A stretch of 64,000 bases of DNA from Paraspadella gotoi (GCA_051294375.1 CM119269.1:22222076-22286075); one strand, 5' to 3'. Numbered from the stretch's first letter, positions 1 through 15,330 are shown. Notes: generated by a model from the letters alone, not told the origin. Made by a program: numbers and translations.

Positions 1-234
1 CCTGCCTCTCCCAGTCTCTCCCTCTCCCTCTCTCTTCCCCTATCTCTTTCTCTTCCTCTATTTCTCCCTCCAACCGCGCGTCCAATCTTCTTACACGTTC
101 GTCATGGCGCGTGGCTCTTGTTTTGGGCAGAAGGAAAGGAGCGGCGGCTGCGGCTGCGGCGGCTGCGACACCGGAAGGGAAAATAGGTCGACAATGGCGA
201 CAATAATTTTAAGTATTAATGGCGAGGAAAGAAA

Positions 235-380
235 GCGGAGCGATTGAGTTAAGCGATTGAGTAGAGCGATTGATTGGAGCGATTGATTGGAGCGATTGAG
301 TAGAGCGATTTAGTATAGCGATTGAGTTAAGCGATTGGTTTGGAGCGATTGAGAGGAGTGATTTGATGGAGCGATTAAGT
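235..380. repeat. GAGCGATT-based minisatellite
   Basis: Recurrent gcgattga units. Confidence 0.8.
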
Positions 381-424
381 AAGGAGCTCTTTCTAAGTCT
401 CTCTCTCTCAATCATTTTCTAACC

Positions 425-506
<82 letters not shown>

Positions 507-1599
507 GCTTTCCTTCACCGACTCTTTCTGCATCTCTATTCTCTTCCTGTCACGATCGGTTTCCCTTTTTTTTCAGCTTTTGACATGACATGACATAAAA
601 TGCTGCAGTGCGGCAGCCAAAAGTTGCAGCAACTGTAGCAGCACCAGCAACAAAAACTGCAAATATAAAAAACAGCAACAACAAATAGTATAACAACGAC
701 AACAACAGTTCCTAAATAGTTTTTTTACGAGGACCGTAATTTTCGTTTTTTCAACGAATGAGACGCTAGACGAAAAAATCGGAGGTCGGAGTCTTGATAC
801 TGGATTCTAAGATATAGAATCTTGATTCTCAAATCTTGATTCTGAGATTGAGCTACATGATTCCGGATTCTAGATTCTAAGACTGACTTGATTCTGAATG
901 CTGGATTCTATGTAAATTCTAAATTAAGTTTCTTAATTCTCGATTTTAAGATTGGGATTTTGGATTCTGGATACTAAGTTTGAGATTCCTGATTCTTTGT
1001 CTCTTTATTCTTGATTCTTGGTCTCTTAGGAGACTCACTCTGTTCTTTGTTCTAAGATTGTGATCCTTAGTCTGGATTTTTTATATCCAATTTTGATTTT
1101 GGATGTAATTTTCAATTGATTTTGTCACGATTTTAGATAAGAATAGAATAGAAATCTATTTAGTTATTCTTGTTAGTTATTAAATTGCTACTCCCAATAT
1201 AAAAATTATCCATTCATTTAATAAATAAGCTATCTTGCCCCTGACTTTGGACAGGCTTTGCTGGTTTAAGGCCTCCATCACAATTACAAGATAATGATGA
1301 CATTGTAGGTTCGTTTGACATTTGACTCTACAATTTTACTTTTTAATTCACAGCCGCTGCCGGTTATCTTTTCTCTTCCTCCTCTTTCTCTCCTACTTCT
1401 CTCTTCCTTCTCTTTCCTCTCTATTTACTTCTCTTCTGAATTCCTCTCTTCCCCTTTCTCCCCTTCCCGACCCCTCAACATCGCCTTTCCAACCCCTCCT
1501 TCCCGACCCCTCGTGGACTTTCCTCGTCCTTCGCCTTTTCTCACAGAAACTCGGTTAAGATTGATGCGTCCCAAATGAGAATATTGCTCCTCATCTCGC

Positions 1600-1840
1600 T
1601 CCAGTAATCGCAACAGTTTTCTTACTGCACCAGTAATTGCAAAAGTTTTTGCTGCTTCGGTAATCGCGAGACAGTTTTTTGCTGCTCCAGTAATTAAAAT
1701 TTGTTTTGCTTCACCAGTAGTCAAAACAGTTTTTTCATCTCCAGTAATTGCAACAGTTTTTTCCTGCTGCGCCATTAATTACACAGTTTTTCCTGCTCCA
1801 GCAATCGCTACAGTTTTTTTACTGCTTCAGTGATCGCACC
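1600..1840. repeat. Degenerate about 30-bp minisatellite
   Basis: acagttttt..ctccagtaattgc units. Confidence 0.7.
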
Positions 1841-2022
1841 GGAAGTCGTCAATTTGTGACAGTGATAGTGATACTTAGTGACATTACTTAGTGATAGTGA
1901 TACTTAGTGACATTAAATCATATTTCGACTCTCACATGTGAAACATGAGTCTTCACTAGTCAGTCTTCAGTCTTCACACATTGATTTTCCACATTTTNNN
2001 NNNNNNNNNNNNNNNNNNNNNN

Positions 2023-2229
2023 CTCTCTATTACTATCTCTCCCTCTCCCTCTGCTCTCTCTCCCGCACACTTTTCCTCTTTGGTCAGCGCATTTTTTTTC
2101 GAGATAAAGCGGTTGAAGATCGCCTGACATCGGAAAGACTCGCCCGATGCGGCGCGTTGCGAGAGAAGATGACGATTGACCGCAAATAGTCTCGGGTTCT
2201 AGACCCATTCCGCGGGAGAGAGAGAGGAA

Positions 2230-2279
<50 letters not shown>

Positions 2280-5200
2280 CGAGTGTCTGGGTCAGAAGAG
2301 ATTGAGAGAGCTATCAAAGACGAGACACAGAGAGGTAAGGGAAGGTAGGGAAGGTAAGGGAAGGTGATTTCTGGGTCAGAAATAGGAACTGTTGGGTCGA
2401 ATGACAAGATGTGAATTACTGACCTAAGCAGACAAGTGACAACGTGGATCCGTTTGTCTCATTCAAATGACAAACATACAAAAAAACAAACAGGAACAGA
2501 ACCGTAATCTATTTCGGATCTGTAAACAATAACCGTGTTAATAATAGGCTATATCTGATATATATACGAGGAATTCATTTGATCTGTTAACTCAGTGGAA
2601 TACACTTCTTACGTATTCGGCAGAAAGAAAGAAATTGAAAAGAGAATGAAAAGATGAGATTAAAGAAATAGATAAAGAGAAGAGAGAGATTTTACTTATA
2701 GAGAAGTAAAGATAAGGTAATTCAGGCGGCAGACGATTAGTTCTCTCACCCGTGATTCTTTTTCCTTTTCCTTCTTTCAGCTTATCCTCTTCTTCCGCGA
2801 CTTAGTGGTCACTTCGGTTGTCTTCGCTTCGCCTTCACCTTAACTTATCCGGCATTATCCGCTTCTCTATGTCTCTGGTCCTTCGCCAATTCCAGTTTCC
2901 TCTACTTAGGAAATTTGATTCATTCTAAGAGTGAACATTTACTTATCTCTTTTCTTTTTTTTTCTTCTTTTCTTGTTTTTTTTGTTTTCTCTTCTGTTCT
3001 CTTCTTTTCTCACTTCTTTCTCTTGTCTTTTTCTTTTCTTTTTCTTTCTTGTCCGTTTTTCTTTTCTTTTTCCTTTCTTTGTTTCTTTGTCCTTGATCTC
3101 TTCTCTTCGTCTCTGATTGTTTGCTTGTGTGTGTTCTTATTTCTCTCTTCTTTGTTGTCTTTCTTTTTTTTTTTCTTTGTTTTGTTTTTTTTTTTTTTTC
3201 TTCTTTTTCTCCTTTTTCCTGTTTGATTAATACATTTTCGTTATCCATCTCTTTTCCTTTTCTGTGCTCTTTCTTCGTTGCTGTTTCTTTTTTTTGTCCT
3301 TTTCCTTTTCTTTGTTTCTTTCTTTTCTTTTTCTTTTCTTTTCTTTTTGCTTTTGTCTTTTTTTTCTTCTTCTCTGTATTCTTTTTTTGTTCTTTTTTTT
3401 TCTTTTTTTTTTTTTTGTTTGTTTTTTCTTTTGCTTATTTCTCTTCTTCTTGGTTCTCCTTCTCTTTCTTTCTCTTATGTTCTTTTTCGCTTTTCTATTT
3501 CTTCGTCGTTCTCTTTTTCTTCTCTGGTTTTTTTTTTTGTTTTTGCTTTTTCTTTTTCGCGCTTTGTTTCTTCTAATTGAACACTTATGCCAGTCCTTGT
3601 GTCCGTTCTCTTTCTTGCGGTCTTCTCTGCTTTCGTGGTTTCGCTGCATTTCTTTTCTTTCTTTGCTTTTCTCTGGGTTTCTTATTGTTTGGTTTTCTTT
3701 TCTCATTTCTTCCTTCTTGTGTCTCTTTCGTCTTTTTGGTTTTTCGCTATCGTTTACGGTATCTTTTGTGTTTTTTCCTTTTTCTTATTGTCTTTGTTTC
3801 GATCCTGTCCTGGTCTTTCCTTCCGTTGTTATTGTGCTTGTTTGTTTCTGTTTTTCTGCTTTTTTCTTTTTTTCTTCTCGTCTCTTTTTGTCTGTTTTGT
3901 GCTTTCGACTCCCCCTTCTTCTCTTTCTTTTCTTTTTCCCTTCCTTTGTTTCTCTTTCGATACCACTCCTATCTCCTGTTTCTCATTTAGAAACTATTCT
4001 GTTGTCTCTTGTCTTTGTGTGGTCTTGGGTAAATTTTTTTCTGGCGGAGAGTCGTTACGTAATGGTCAGTTCGGATGAGGGTATTAGCGGGAACTTGATA
4101 TATTTTGAGAATTGGCGGTAAGTAGTATCGAACTGAGTATAGTGGAAGTTTTATATTAGCTGTAGAAATGGATATTTTTTTATAAATACATTATTTCAAA
4201 TAAAATTATATTATACTAAAAACATCTTCAATTATGCACGTCATATAAATTCCCATATTAAGAGTGTTAAAAACTCTTATTATTTATGGATTTTATTATG
4301 TAACCAATAAGCTTAATCAAATCTTTATCTCATAATAATAAACCAGTTAAATTCTTGACTTGTGAATTTTTTGATCAGACTTGTTGATTTGGTTGTACGG
4401 TGTATATGTTTTCTAAATTCGGTTGGATAGCAATCGCAAGCTTTTCAAGCGTGTCAAGGTGTATTAGATTATATTTTGAAAAATTGTTATATTTTTGTGT
4501 TAAATGTTGAGAGTTATTATTGTATTTGAAAATAATGGTATAATATTTTTTGTTTCTCTGTGCTTTGTTCGAGATTATATGGTTATTTGCGGTTTTTGTG
4601 TGTCTAGTTATGTGTTTTTTTTTTTGTAAGTTGATAGATGGTTATATATTGTTTGTGTTTCTAATGTAATATCGAATTAGAGGGAGAATATATCAAATTT
4701 TTTTTTTTTTTGTTGTGTTTCGCCTAATTATGGTATTTTGTGTGTTGAGTATCATTATATGGGACATATTTTTAGAAATGTCGTCCCCATTTTATAGGTG
4801 GAGGTAGCATGTCGTTAAGATTTATTTTATATTGTATTTGTTAATTAGTTTGTTCTAAAAATTTGGTCTATAGTGATTAAGTTATTTTGTATATATGTGT
4901 TAATGGTATTTAATATAATTTTTTTCGTGTTTTAGTTGGTTGTTTATCGTGAAATGAAAGTTTAGGATTTAGGGTCTTATTTTTTTTATAGGTTTTTAGT
5001 TATTTTTGTTATAATATATATTTAGTTTTATTGATATTTAGAATTAATTTAGTTATATAAAATATATATCGAATTAAAGTTTGAATTTTGATGAAATTTT
5101 AAAAAAAATAAATTAGGAATTTAGAAGAAAGGGATAAAACCGCTGAATGTATAATTAGATCAGATGTAGTGTGTATTATGAGAATTGGTGTGTGGAAGGA

Positions 5201-6062
5201 AGTTTGTCGTGCGTGGTCTAATGTGATGACAGCGAATTTTGTATTGAATGCTCAATGAATAATGGGCTTCGACAGTTATCGATAAGGATAAAATATTCGT
5301 TCATCTCTCGTTCTTCTTTCTGATTCTCATTCTCCTATCTCTCTCTCTCTGTCCTGTCTTCTTCTCGTTTCTCTTTTGTCTTTTTCTTCTCTCTCTCTCT
5401 ATATGACTGTTTTCGTCTGCATTTTCTCTCTCTTGGTTCTCTTCTGTCAGGTAATAGGTGTCGAGCACAGTCAGAGTTCTCTGGGTTGGCGATTTTAGGA
5501 TTGTGCCGTGGGGGTGTGTTGTGTAAAGAGTTTATAGATAGTGTGGTAGTATGGAAGAAGAGAATATGAGAGTAGGTAGAGAGAGAGGACGAGAGAGAGC
5601 GAGAGCGAAGAGAGGTGCGTCAAATAGAGAGATGTAATTATTGAATGTGTTGTGATATTGTGAAGTCCGATTTGTAGCAGAAAAGTATGATGCAAATATA
5701 ATAAGCATGATGAAATAAAATACAGATAGGCATAATGAATGATCAATATAAGATTGTTCGGGATATTTTAACCCTGTATGTCTTAAAAAGGACAATCAAT
5801 AAAGCGGGAGAGTAGAGAGATGAGAGTATGAGAAGAGAGAGAGGAGGAGTAGGTTGGAGTAGATGAATGAGTAAAGGGAAAATGAGTAAGGAATAAGAGA
5901 ATGAGATTAGAGAGGGAGAAGCAAGGCTGGTTTGAGAAAAGAGTGAGAGATGTAGGAATTAGAGCTTGAGAGTGAGGATGAGAGATGAGAGGAGAGTAGT
6001 AGGAGATTGAAGTAGGATTGAACTTAGAGTAATGAGAAGAGTAGAGTTTGAAAAAAAATTAT

Positions 6063-6103
<41 letters not shown>

Positions 6104-9100
6104 CGGCTCCTAATCCACAGAGTTGACTGTAAGTCGACACTTTCTGAGAGAAGNNNNNNNNNNNNNNNNNNNNNNNNNNNNNNNNNNNNNNNNNNNNNNN
6201 NNNNGAGAGAGAGAGAGAGAGAGAGAGATGGGATTTTTTTCTCGCTCTGTCCGAAGGCCCTTCATTGGCTTCTCAAATTTCGCTGTCATCATTGACCGCA
6301 AATTCTTCACATCAATCTCATATTCACCGCATCTGATTTTTCTTGGTTTTTATTTCCTTTTTTAATCTTTTATTTTTTTAATTTTCATCTAATTCAACTT
6401 TAATTTCATTTTTTAACTTAATTCTAATATCATATATCTTTTATTAAAAAATAAGCCTAATCCTAAACTTTATTTCATAAACGTAACAGAATTTTTAACC
6501 ATTAACCCTTATCAATAACTTAATCCTGACCAAATTTGAAAACTAATTTTTAAATTTAAGCTAAAATGGGGCGCATTTTAAAAAAAATATGTCCCATTTG
6601 TTATCACAAAATCCATTTGGGCGAAAAAAAATATTTGATTCTTATCGATTGAAAAAAAACTTTTCCATTTCAACTTCAAATTTGAACGAATATATTTCTC
6701 GAGGAAAATTTTCCATTATTTCATAATTTATTTCTCATTTTATAACAATTTTTCAAATTATTTTTAAACCTCCTTGCACGCTTGAAAGCTTGCTTGCTTG
6801 CGATGAAATTGGTACAACCAATCAAAGTCTGTCAAAAATTCACAAGTCAAGATTTAACTGGTTTATTATATGGATAGTTTTGATAGTATTGGTTCATAAT
6901 GAAATCCATAAATTAAGGTTTTTAACTTTTTTGGATTTGATTTGACGTGATTAATTGAGATTTTTTTAGTTATTTTTTTATTTTAAAATATCCGATTCTC
7001 GCTTTTAAACTTTCCGCTTCTCGTTCGTCTCTTTCCGCTTCTCATTATCAAGTTTCCGCTTCACTTCCGCTGCTTCGTCGGACTCTCCGCGAAAATTTAC
7101 GCGGTTTTTCTGAATGGAGGGATGGTAGTGTATTCGAAGAAAAGGGGAAAAAGAAAGAGTAGGTAATTAGAGAGAAGAAAGAGAGAAGAGAAGGAGAAAA
7201 GAGAGAAGAGAGAAGAGAAGCAGAGAAAGAGAAGAGAGGAAAGAGAGAGAAGAAGTAAGGAGAAGGAGAAAAGAGAGAAGGAGGAAGAAGAGAGAAAAGA
7301 AGAGGAGGCTAAAATGGAATGGAGATCAAGCAGTGATTAATGTTATGAAAAGGAGAGAGGAAAAAAGAACAGTATAGTACATGGTGAAAAGAAGAGAAAT
7401 AGAGAAAGACAAGAGGAGAAAAAAAGAGGAAGGTTTCTCCCCGTGCGCGAATTCTACATGCAGGAGAACGATTAAATGGTAATAAATAGTGGGCAGGCCG
7501 TTTCCACATTTATCAACGACTTTCAGGTAGTACTAGAAGAGGGATTAGCATCACCTAGTACAAGAATACGGTACATTTGATCTTGTTTCGACTGAGAGGT
7601 AGTAAGCAGGCGGAAAATTCATAACTCTTTCCTTCTTTATAACGCAAATTATTACAGCATCACACTATATATTGGAAACCAGACAAGACAGAAGCAACAA
7701 AAGAAAAGCAAGGGAGACACGAAAGCCCCGGATAAAGGAATAAAGGAAAGAAGACACACGCGCACAAGCACGGAACGAAGAGCCAAGAGAGAGCAGAGAA
7801 ACACAGAAGCTAGACCACAACACGTTATCATTGCTGGTAGTGTTATCTGGGAGATTTCGACAATGTCGATATATGGCTATACAATGAAAAAATATCAATA
7901 TGAAGAGAAGGACGGAAATTATCTTCCAAAGACTGAAATTGTGATTATATTTATGTTCAGAAGGAGGCCTCAGACAAAAGGAGTCACAGTCAAGAAAAGG
8001 GAAAGAGAGGCGAGAGCAAGAGGAGAGATAAGAAAGAGGAGGACACAGTAGATAAAGACGAGAGAAGAGACGCAGAAGTGAGGGGACAGTGGAGATAAAA
8101 GAGAATAAGCAAAGAATTACGACAGAGGAGGGATTATTGTATAATTCGACACTGCTTGATGGTATTCAATTTCGGGTAGGTCAGGGTTCGATTAGCGGGA
8201 AACTGGGACCATTCTCTCGTCACGAGATGAGGCTATTTACAGATGATATCATGGTTGTATCTTTCATTGAGAAAGTGAATTTTCGTAATAAAAATTGACC
8301 GATAGAATCTTGTGAATATAAACGTTGTGAAAGTCACTTTAGTCGAAAGGTCATAATCGTTTTACAAACTTTACAGTGAATGGGTAGTATCCATTTTCTT
8401 TGTTGTATTTTCGCCAATAATCAACTAATCTTTCCCTTTATACTTAAACCTGACATTCCATTGACCACGCAGAGGTCTCAATTGCCGTCTTAATAATCAC
8501 AGAAGGGCTTTTCATCTATCACCAGTACCGCTCTTATACAGGAGATTCACCAGAGCCTTTCCCTGATCACGGAAAGGAGACCTTATCGCTTCATAAAGCA
8601 TGGACCTTCTTTGCGATAACCAAAGCCATCCTCCCAGAACCCAAAGGCTTTTCCCGTCTCTGACCAAGAGACTCGGAAGTCACATTTTCCACAACGGCCG
8701 AACGATCATTTTTTCCTTCGGAAGCGATGAAATAGGTCGATCTTGGCATCGTCAATCCTCGGATTGCCAATTATGCAATTCGCACGCTCGTCGTAAAAAC
8801 CATTTTTCCCGATCCGAAAAAAAGAAAAAAGATTTTGCGCGTATCACATATTAAGTGATTACAGATTTTGTTTGAAATCGATGAAGTAGTTAAGAAGTTA
8901 GCAGAGCGAAGACAAGATCCCGGAAAGTTAGAAGGATCTAATCGCATATGTGCGACATTATATTATTAGTTTAGGAGTAGTTATTGAGATATACAAGAGG
9001 CACATCATACGCGGTGAACGCAGATAGAGCTTGGCTTGATAATTCTTTTCTTCTATTTGTCAATATCTCCTCTATCTCTCTTCTTTGAACTTGTTATTTT

Positions 9101-12100
9101 TCTTGCCCTCTTCTTTCTTCTTTTTCTATATGTCCTTATCTTTTTTCTTTTTGTCATGTCATACTATTTTAGTCACTTGGCAAATACAGATACGAAACCA
9201 GGTGTGGCGTATTCTCCGAAGAAGAGCATGTTTCTCAGGTTATGGTCGCACACCTATGTTGGATTCTTGCGTGTCCTCTATTATATTTGCGTAGTTTATT
9301 TTTTTCGTTTTGATTTCGAGACCTGCCGATGTTACGGCAGAGAAACTGCCCGTCAGTTTTTATACGTTTTGGATGTTGATCTTCCGGCCATTTGCAGGAT
9401 TGAGAGAGGGCACGCAACGGTTGGTGCAACGTTTTCTGTCTCGGTCGTTTTTTCTCCTCACTTGCTTCCATCTCAGGCGGGAATCGTTCAATGTGGCCTA
9501 TTTCCTTGCCAGAGCGCCATGAAAACTATATAAACATCCACCAGTAAATTTCCCCGATTTCGCGTTTTTCATCCCCCTTTCCATGTATCACGTCGAAGCG
9601 CTCTGTTATCCCCGTCGTCGTCGTTCGTCTGTATGTTTTGTCTTTCTGTTACGTTCCGTCGTCGTTCGACAATCAATCGATTCTTTGGACCATTTTTCTT
9701 GCCCAGCTCCTTCCGCCTTTTCTTCAACACGGGACGCTAATACACCAACAAATATGAGGCGTCCGCTGTATTATGCTGAACCAAACAAGTGGTTAGTTTA
9801 ATTTATTGTTTGGCTTGTCCTATTCTCAATTTGTCACAAAAAATTTGTGATATAATTCTCTTCACAAACGCGGTTAGTCCTTACACTTTTATCGAAGGAA
9901 AACTAATCAATTTGTTACGCGCCATTGTCGTCGGGGCGGTCCAAACGAGAAATTCTGACACGATTAACCCGCCTTCCCCCTCCCCCCCTTGCCCGCCCCG
10001 CAACTCTTGGCCAACGGAAGTCTTTTGTTCGTCGTCGTCGTCGTGTCGTCCGCGGGTGGCCGTCCGTGGTGCAATCTAATTGAGGCTGGTAGACTGAAGA
10101 CTGGTTACTGGTGAAGTAGAGATGGTGACCGTGTACGAATTCTAAGTTTTAGATTCTCACAGCCCTGTCAGCAAATAATTCGACATATCCCTCTTTTGCC
10201 ATTGCATCAATAAGACAAGGTTTCCAAATAATAATAAGTTTGGAACGTAATTTCCGTGCATTATACAATATACTCCCTGTATTTCAATACCTTACTTTTA
10301 ATATTGGTTATGGTTCGGCTCCAAGCAATCCCTTCTTTTTTTTTTTTCGCTCAGGCTAATGTTTTCGAACCCAGAACGCTTTGAAAAAAGGCTCCTTTTT
10401 TTTTTTTTTAATTTACGATGGCATTCTTATTCCGCTAAACTGAAAAACCGATAAGTTAATTTTAAAAAAATTAATAATCGGAACAAAAATTTATTTAAAA
10501 AAAAAAAATCGGAAATATTTTTTCAACTCTACTTTCTCGATTCACAAATATAATAAGTTAGAAATCTCAAATGAAAAAAAATCTGATAAAAAAAAGAACT
10601 TGATATGTCCTCGGTGAAAAAAAAAAAAAATCAATTATATCTAAATGAGGCGAAGGCTGTCAAGGAATTTCCAAAAGAAGGAACTTTCCTCGCCCACCGG
10701 TGCGCGGACTATTGGGATTGCTCTGCGTCCGCAAAATGACGAGAAGAAAAAAAGAAAAAATCAATGCTTGCCAATGCCAGCAAAATTAACCGTTCCACAA
10801 ACCGAAAAAGCTAATGCCATTCAAAAAATCTAACTTCGGGTGGAAACTTTCATCAGCGATTCGAGTAGAAAATTTAAAAAATCAAAACTCATTTTCCACG
10901 AGGATTCGCGCATAATATCCTGAAAAAGAAAAAACCTGCACGTAAAATTTCCAAGATTTGAAAATAACGAGTCCTCTTTATCGTCGTTCTCTCTAAAATG
11001 CGTTTAACCCTCTGTTTACGCTTTTTTTTCTTTCCCCGCAGTTTTTTGCTTTTTTTATTTTCCTTGGACTGACTATTTTTTATTATATCATTCGGATTCG
11101 CCTCTCTTGAAACTTTTTTTCCTTTATCGACTTGGGTTCAGAGAGCGCTCGACTTTATTCTCTTCCATTATGTTGTTCCGCTTTGCGTTTCAACTCGCCG
11201 TCTGAATTTTCTTCCACTCTGTCTCTATTCCTCTTCCGCGTCGGTCTGCAATCTTCTATTCCTTTCTACATCCTTCGCTCACCAAACGTCTGCAGCCTGC
11301 TTTTTTCCCTTTCCCGCATTCTGAATCCCGCCAAATATTTTTTCGTTACTTTCTGCTCTTTTAACCGGAACACGAAAAGTAGAGAAAACTTGCAAGAATC
11401 GCTTGTGCCAAAAATTTTCTTTTTCCAATTATGTATAACTTAGTCAAACTTATTTAATAAACCAATAACACAATTACAACAACAAACAACCACAATAACA
11501 ACAAAACAGCAACAAATAACAAACAACAAACAACAACAACACATTTCCAGAAGGATCTTTCCAGAAGATGCGTGGCGTTTGGTGGAGAAATTCAATCGAC
11601 TATCTAACTAAGGAAAATCACCATTAAAATGGCAAACGCCAGGTTGCAGATGGAATTAGAAAAATGGCTGCGTAGTAAAAACGGCAAGATTGCCGAGGTC
11701 ACCCGCTGAAGAGCAGATGGGCAAAGCAAATGAGGGGCCAAGATGGCTGGTCGCGGATGAGGAGAAAATTTCTTCAATTTGAAAAACTGTGAGATTCCAG
11801 GCTGCCAATGGGAAGATTTGTACAAGTGACTCGGCAAGCATGAAATTGCCTGGTCGCAGATGAGAGAAAAAGATAGAAAAAGTAAACGGCAGAAAACTGT
11901 AAAGATCTAGGTCTCAGATGAAAATAGATGGCGGAGAGTGAAGTGGCAAAGTGCAGGAAAGCAGATTGAAAAATACGTTTGATGAAAGCAAGTGAAGCGC
12001 AGGAGTGATGGCCAAAGACGATGGCCATCTGCAGTTTTATTGTTGTACGTTATAATGGCGAAAGGCCCAATAAGCGAAGATGGAGTAGTGGATAAGTGAT

Positions 12101-12659
12101 AGTGATATTGATAGTTGATAGTGATAGCCATGTAAAAGTTTTTAAAACTTTTTATTGGCCATTGGACAGTTAAGGATTTTAAAAGATATTATTGGTTAGT
12201 TTTTCTCGGTTTCTTGCTTAGGAACTAATTGAAAAGGGGCAAAATGGGCGCAAAAAGGATAACGAGCAAAATGGCACTATATTTGCGAAGAACAGCGTAA
12301 GCTGAAGAAACCAAGACAGAGGATTAAGAGAAATTTAAGTGAGGTGAAAAAAAAATGTGAGGAAAGTGAAATCGAAATGAAAAAATGAAAAATCGATGCG
12401 CTGGGAAACGTGAAGAGAAAGCATCGAAGGAAAATGAACGCGAAGACCACAAAATCGCGGGAAAAACCCAAAGCGTCTGCCTTTTTGATGATGATCAAAG
12501 CGGGAAAATTTTGAAGTCACGAAAAAAATGAAATAAATGGAAAAAGAGACGAGAATAAAATTGAAAAGACAAGACGAATGACAAACAATGAAAGGGAAAT
12601 TGAAAAAAGGGTTTTGAAAATTGGAAAACAAAGCCGAAATGGGGGCTGAGGTAAGAAGA

Positions 12660-12690
<31 letters not shown>

Positions 12691-12710
12691 TGAGAGTGAA
12701 GAGAGAGAGG

Positions 12711-12761
<51 letters not shown>

Positions 12762-15052
12762 AGAGNNNNNNNNNNNNNNNNNNNNNNNNNAAAAGAGAAG
12801 AGATTCCACAGAAGTTGACTGTAAGTCGACACTTTCTTGAAGAGGAACAGAGAGAGGAAAAGTGGAGGTCAACTAATCGAGGAGAGACGAGAGAGAGAGG
12901 AGAGAATAGATCGAAAGGGACAGAGAGAGGAAGGAGAGAGAGAGAGAGTGGAGAGAGGTTCGCAGGTAGCGGTATTTTCTGCTACTAATCGCACAGGCCG
13001 TGTCATGTATCGTAGAACATTTAGCTGTCGAGAGAGATCAGATGACGAAAAAGGGAAGTTAGGAGCATACGAAGTCGAGAATGAGATTATCCATCTTGAT
13101 CTTTTTTGGTTTTTATATCTTTTTTCATATTCATTTAATCTTTTCTGAATTTCTTATCTTATTTTATTCACTACAATTTAATTTCATTTTTTATTATTCT
13201 AATATCATATAATTTTTATAAATAACCTAATCCTAACTTATTTCAAAAGTAAGAATTTTAACTATTAAACCTTATAAACTTAATCCTAAATTTGAACTAA
13301 TTTTTAAATTTAAGCTATGGCGCAATTTTAAAATAATTGTCCCATTTTTTATCACAAATCCATTTGCGAAAAAATATTGGATTCTATCGGATTGGAAAAA
13401 CTTTTCCATTCAACTCAAATTTGAACAGCGAATATATTTTCGGGAGAAATTTTCCATTATTTCATAATTTATTTCTCATTTTATAACAATTTTTCAAATT
13501 ATTTTTAACCTCGACCTTGCACGCCTTAAAAGCTTGCTTCTTGCGATGGAATTGGTAACAACGCAATCAAAGTCTGTCAAAAATTCACAGTCAAGATTTA
13601 AACTGTTTATTATAGGATAGTTTGAATAGTATTGGTTCATATTAAAATCCATAAATTAGGTTTTAACTTTTTTGGATTTGATTTGAGTGATTAATTTGAG
13701 ATTTCTTTTTAGTTATTTTTTTATTTAAAATATCCGATTCTCGCTTTTAACTTTCGCTTTCTCGTTCGTCTCTTTCGCGCTTCTCATTATCAAGTTTCCG
13801 CTTCACTCGCTGCTTCGCGGACTCTCCGCGGAAAATTTACGCGGTTTTTCCTGAAGGAGGGTGGTTAGTGTACGAAGTAGGGAAATAAGAGAAGAAAAGA
13901 GAAGAGAAGGAGAAAAGAGAGAAGAGAAAGAGAAGAGAAGAGAAGAGAAGAGAGGAAAGAGAGAGAAGAAGAAGAGAAGGAAAAGAGAAAGAGAAGAAGA
14001 GGAAAGATGAGTAGGTATAAATGAAAGGAAGATAAGAAAGAAATTATGAAAAGGAGAGAGGAGAGGAAAGAAAAGTACATTAAAAGAATGAGAAAGAAGA
14101 AAGAAAGAGGAGAAAGAGATAAAAAGAAAAGAAAAAAAAAGAAAAAAAAAGAAAAAAAAAGAAAAAAAGAAGAGAAGAGAAAAAAGAAAAGAAAAGAAAA
14201 GAAAAGAAAAGAAAAGAAAAGAAAAGAAAAGAAAAGAAAAGAGAAGAGAAGAAAGGAGGGATGGTAGTGTATTCGAAGAAAAGGGGAAAAAGAAAAGAAA
14301 AAAGAAGAGAAGAGAGAGAAATGAAAAGAATAGAGAAGAGAAGAGATAAGAAAAGAAANNNNNNNNNNAGAAAAGAAAAGAAAAGAAAAGAGTGAGAAAA
14401 GAAAAGAGAAGAGAGAGAAAAGAAAAGAAATAAAAGAAAAGAAAAGAAAAAAAAAGAAAAGAGATGTAAATTTCATCTTGATTGTATCAATTTCGTAGTA
14501 GGGAAACTGGAATTGGCGAGACAGAGCTGAGAGCGGATTGGGTAAGTTAAGGTGAGGCGAAGCGAAGACAAACCGGGTGACCACTAAGTGCGGAGAGAAG
14601 AGGGTAAGTGAAAGAAGGAAAAGGAAAAAGAATCACGGGTGAGAGAACTAATCGTCTGCGGCTGAATTACCTTTCTTTTCTCTATAGTAAATCTCTCTCT
14701 TCTCTTTTCTTTTCTTTTCTTTTCTTTTCTTTTCTGCGAATACAGTAAGAAGTGTTTTCCTCTGAGTTCAGTCAGTGGATTCCTCGTTTAATTTTATTTC
14801 GTAGCTTTATTTTTCGGTTTTGTTTCGACTCCGAATGATTACGGTTCTGTTTCCTGTTTTGTTTTTTTGTTGTTGTCATTTTGAGGTTGACAAAGGATCC
14901 AGTTGTCATTGTCTGTCTTGTCGTTTTCACTTTGTCATTCGGTTCCTATTTCTGACCCAGAAATCACCTTCCCTTACCTTCCCTTACCTTCCCTTACCTC
15001 TCTGTGTCTCTCTTTGTAGCTCTCTCAATCTGTTCTGACCCAGAACTCGCCT

Positions 15053-15104
<52 letters not shown>

Positions 15105-15330
15105 CGCGAATGGGTCTAGAACCCGAGACTATTGCGGTCAATCGTCTCTTCTCTCGCCAACTGCGCCGCAGGGGCGAGTCTTTCCGATGTCAGGATCTCA
15201 ACCGGCTTTATCTCGAAAAAAATGCGCTGACAAAGAGGAAAAGTGTGGGGAGAGAGAGAGAGGGAGAGGGAGAGAGAGTGAGAGTAGAGAGAGAGAGGGG
15301 GAGAGGGAGAGAGAGTGAGAGTAGAGAGAA
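2023..15330. repeat. Large noisy inverted and direct repeat set
   Basis: 2023-about 5490 is an indel-rich reverse complement of about 12800-15330; 6110-7300 is a direct copy of about 12800-13990; N-gaps at 1998-2022, 6154-6204, 12766-12790, 14359-14368. Confidence 0.85.

Noticed and set aside
1425-1775. Minus-strand ORF with 10-aa periodicity
   Set aside because: Explained by a 30-bp minisatellite running into a GA-rich tract; no other support.
2915-4121. Long Phe/Leu/Ser- or Lys/Arg-rich ORFs
   Set aside because: Stop-free by composition of CT/GA low-complexity tracts; the same holds for ORFs over (GA)n, (GAAA)n and (CCGT)n elsewhere.
7300-12765. Scattered 60-165-aa ORFs
   Set aside because: No recognisable motifs or splice structure; the region looks like low-accuracy read sequence.
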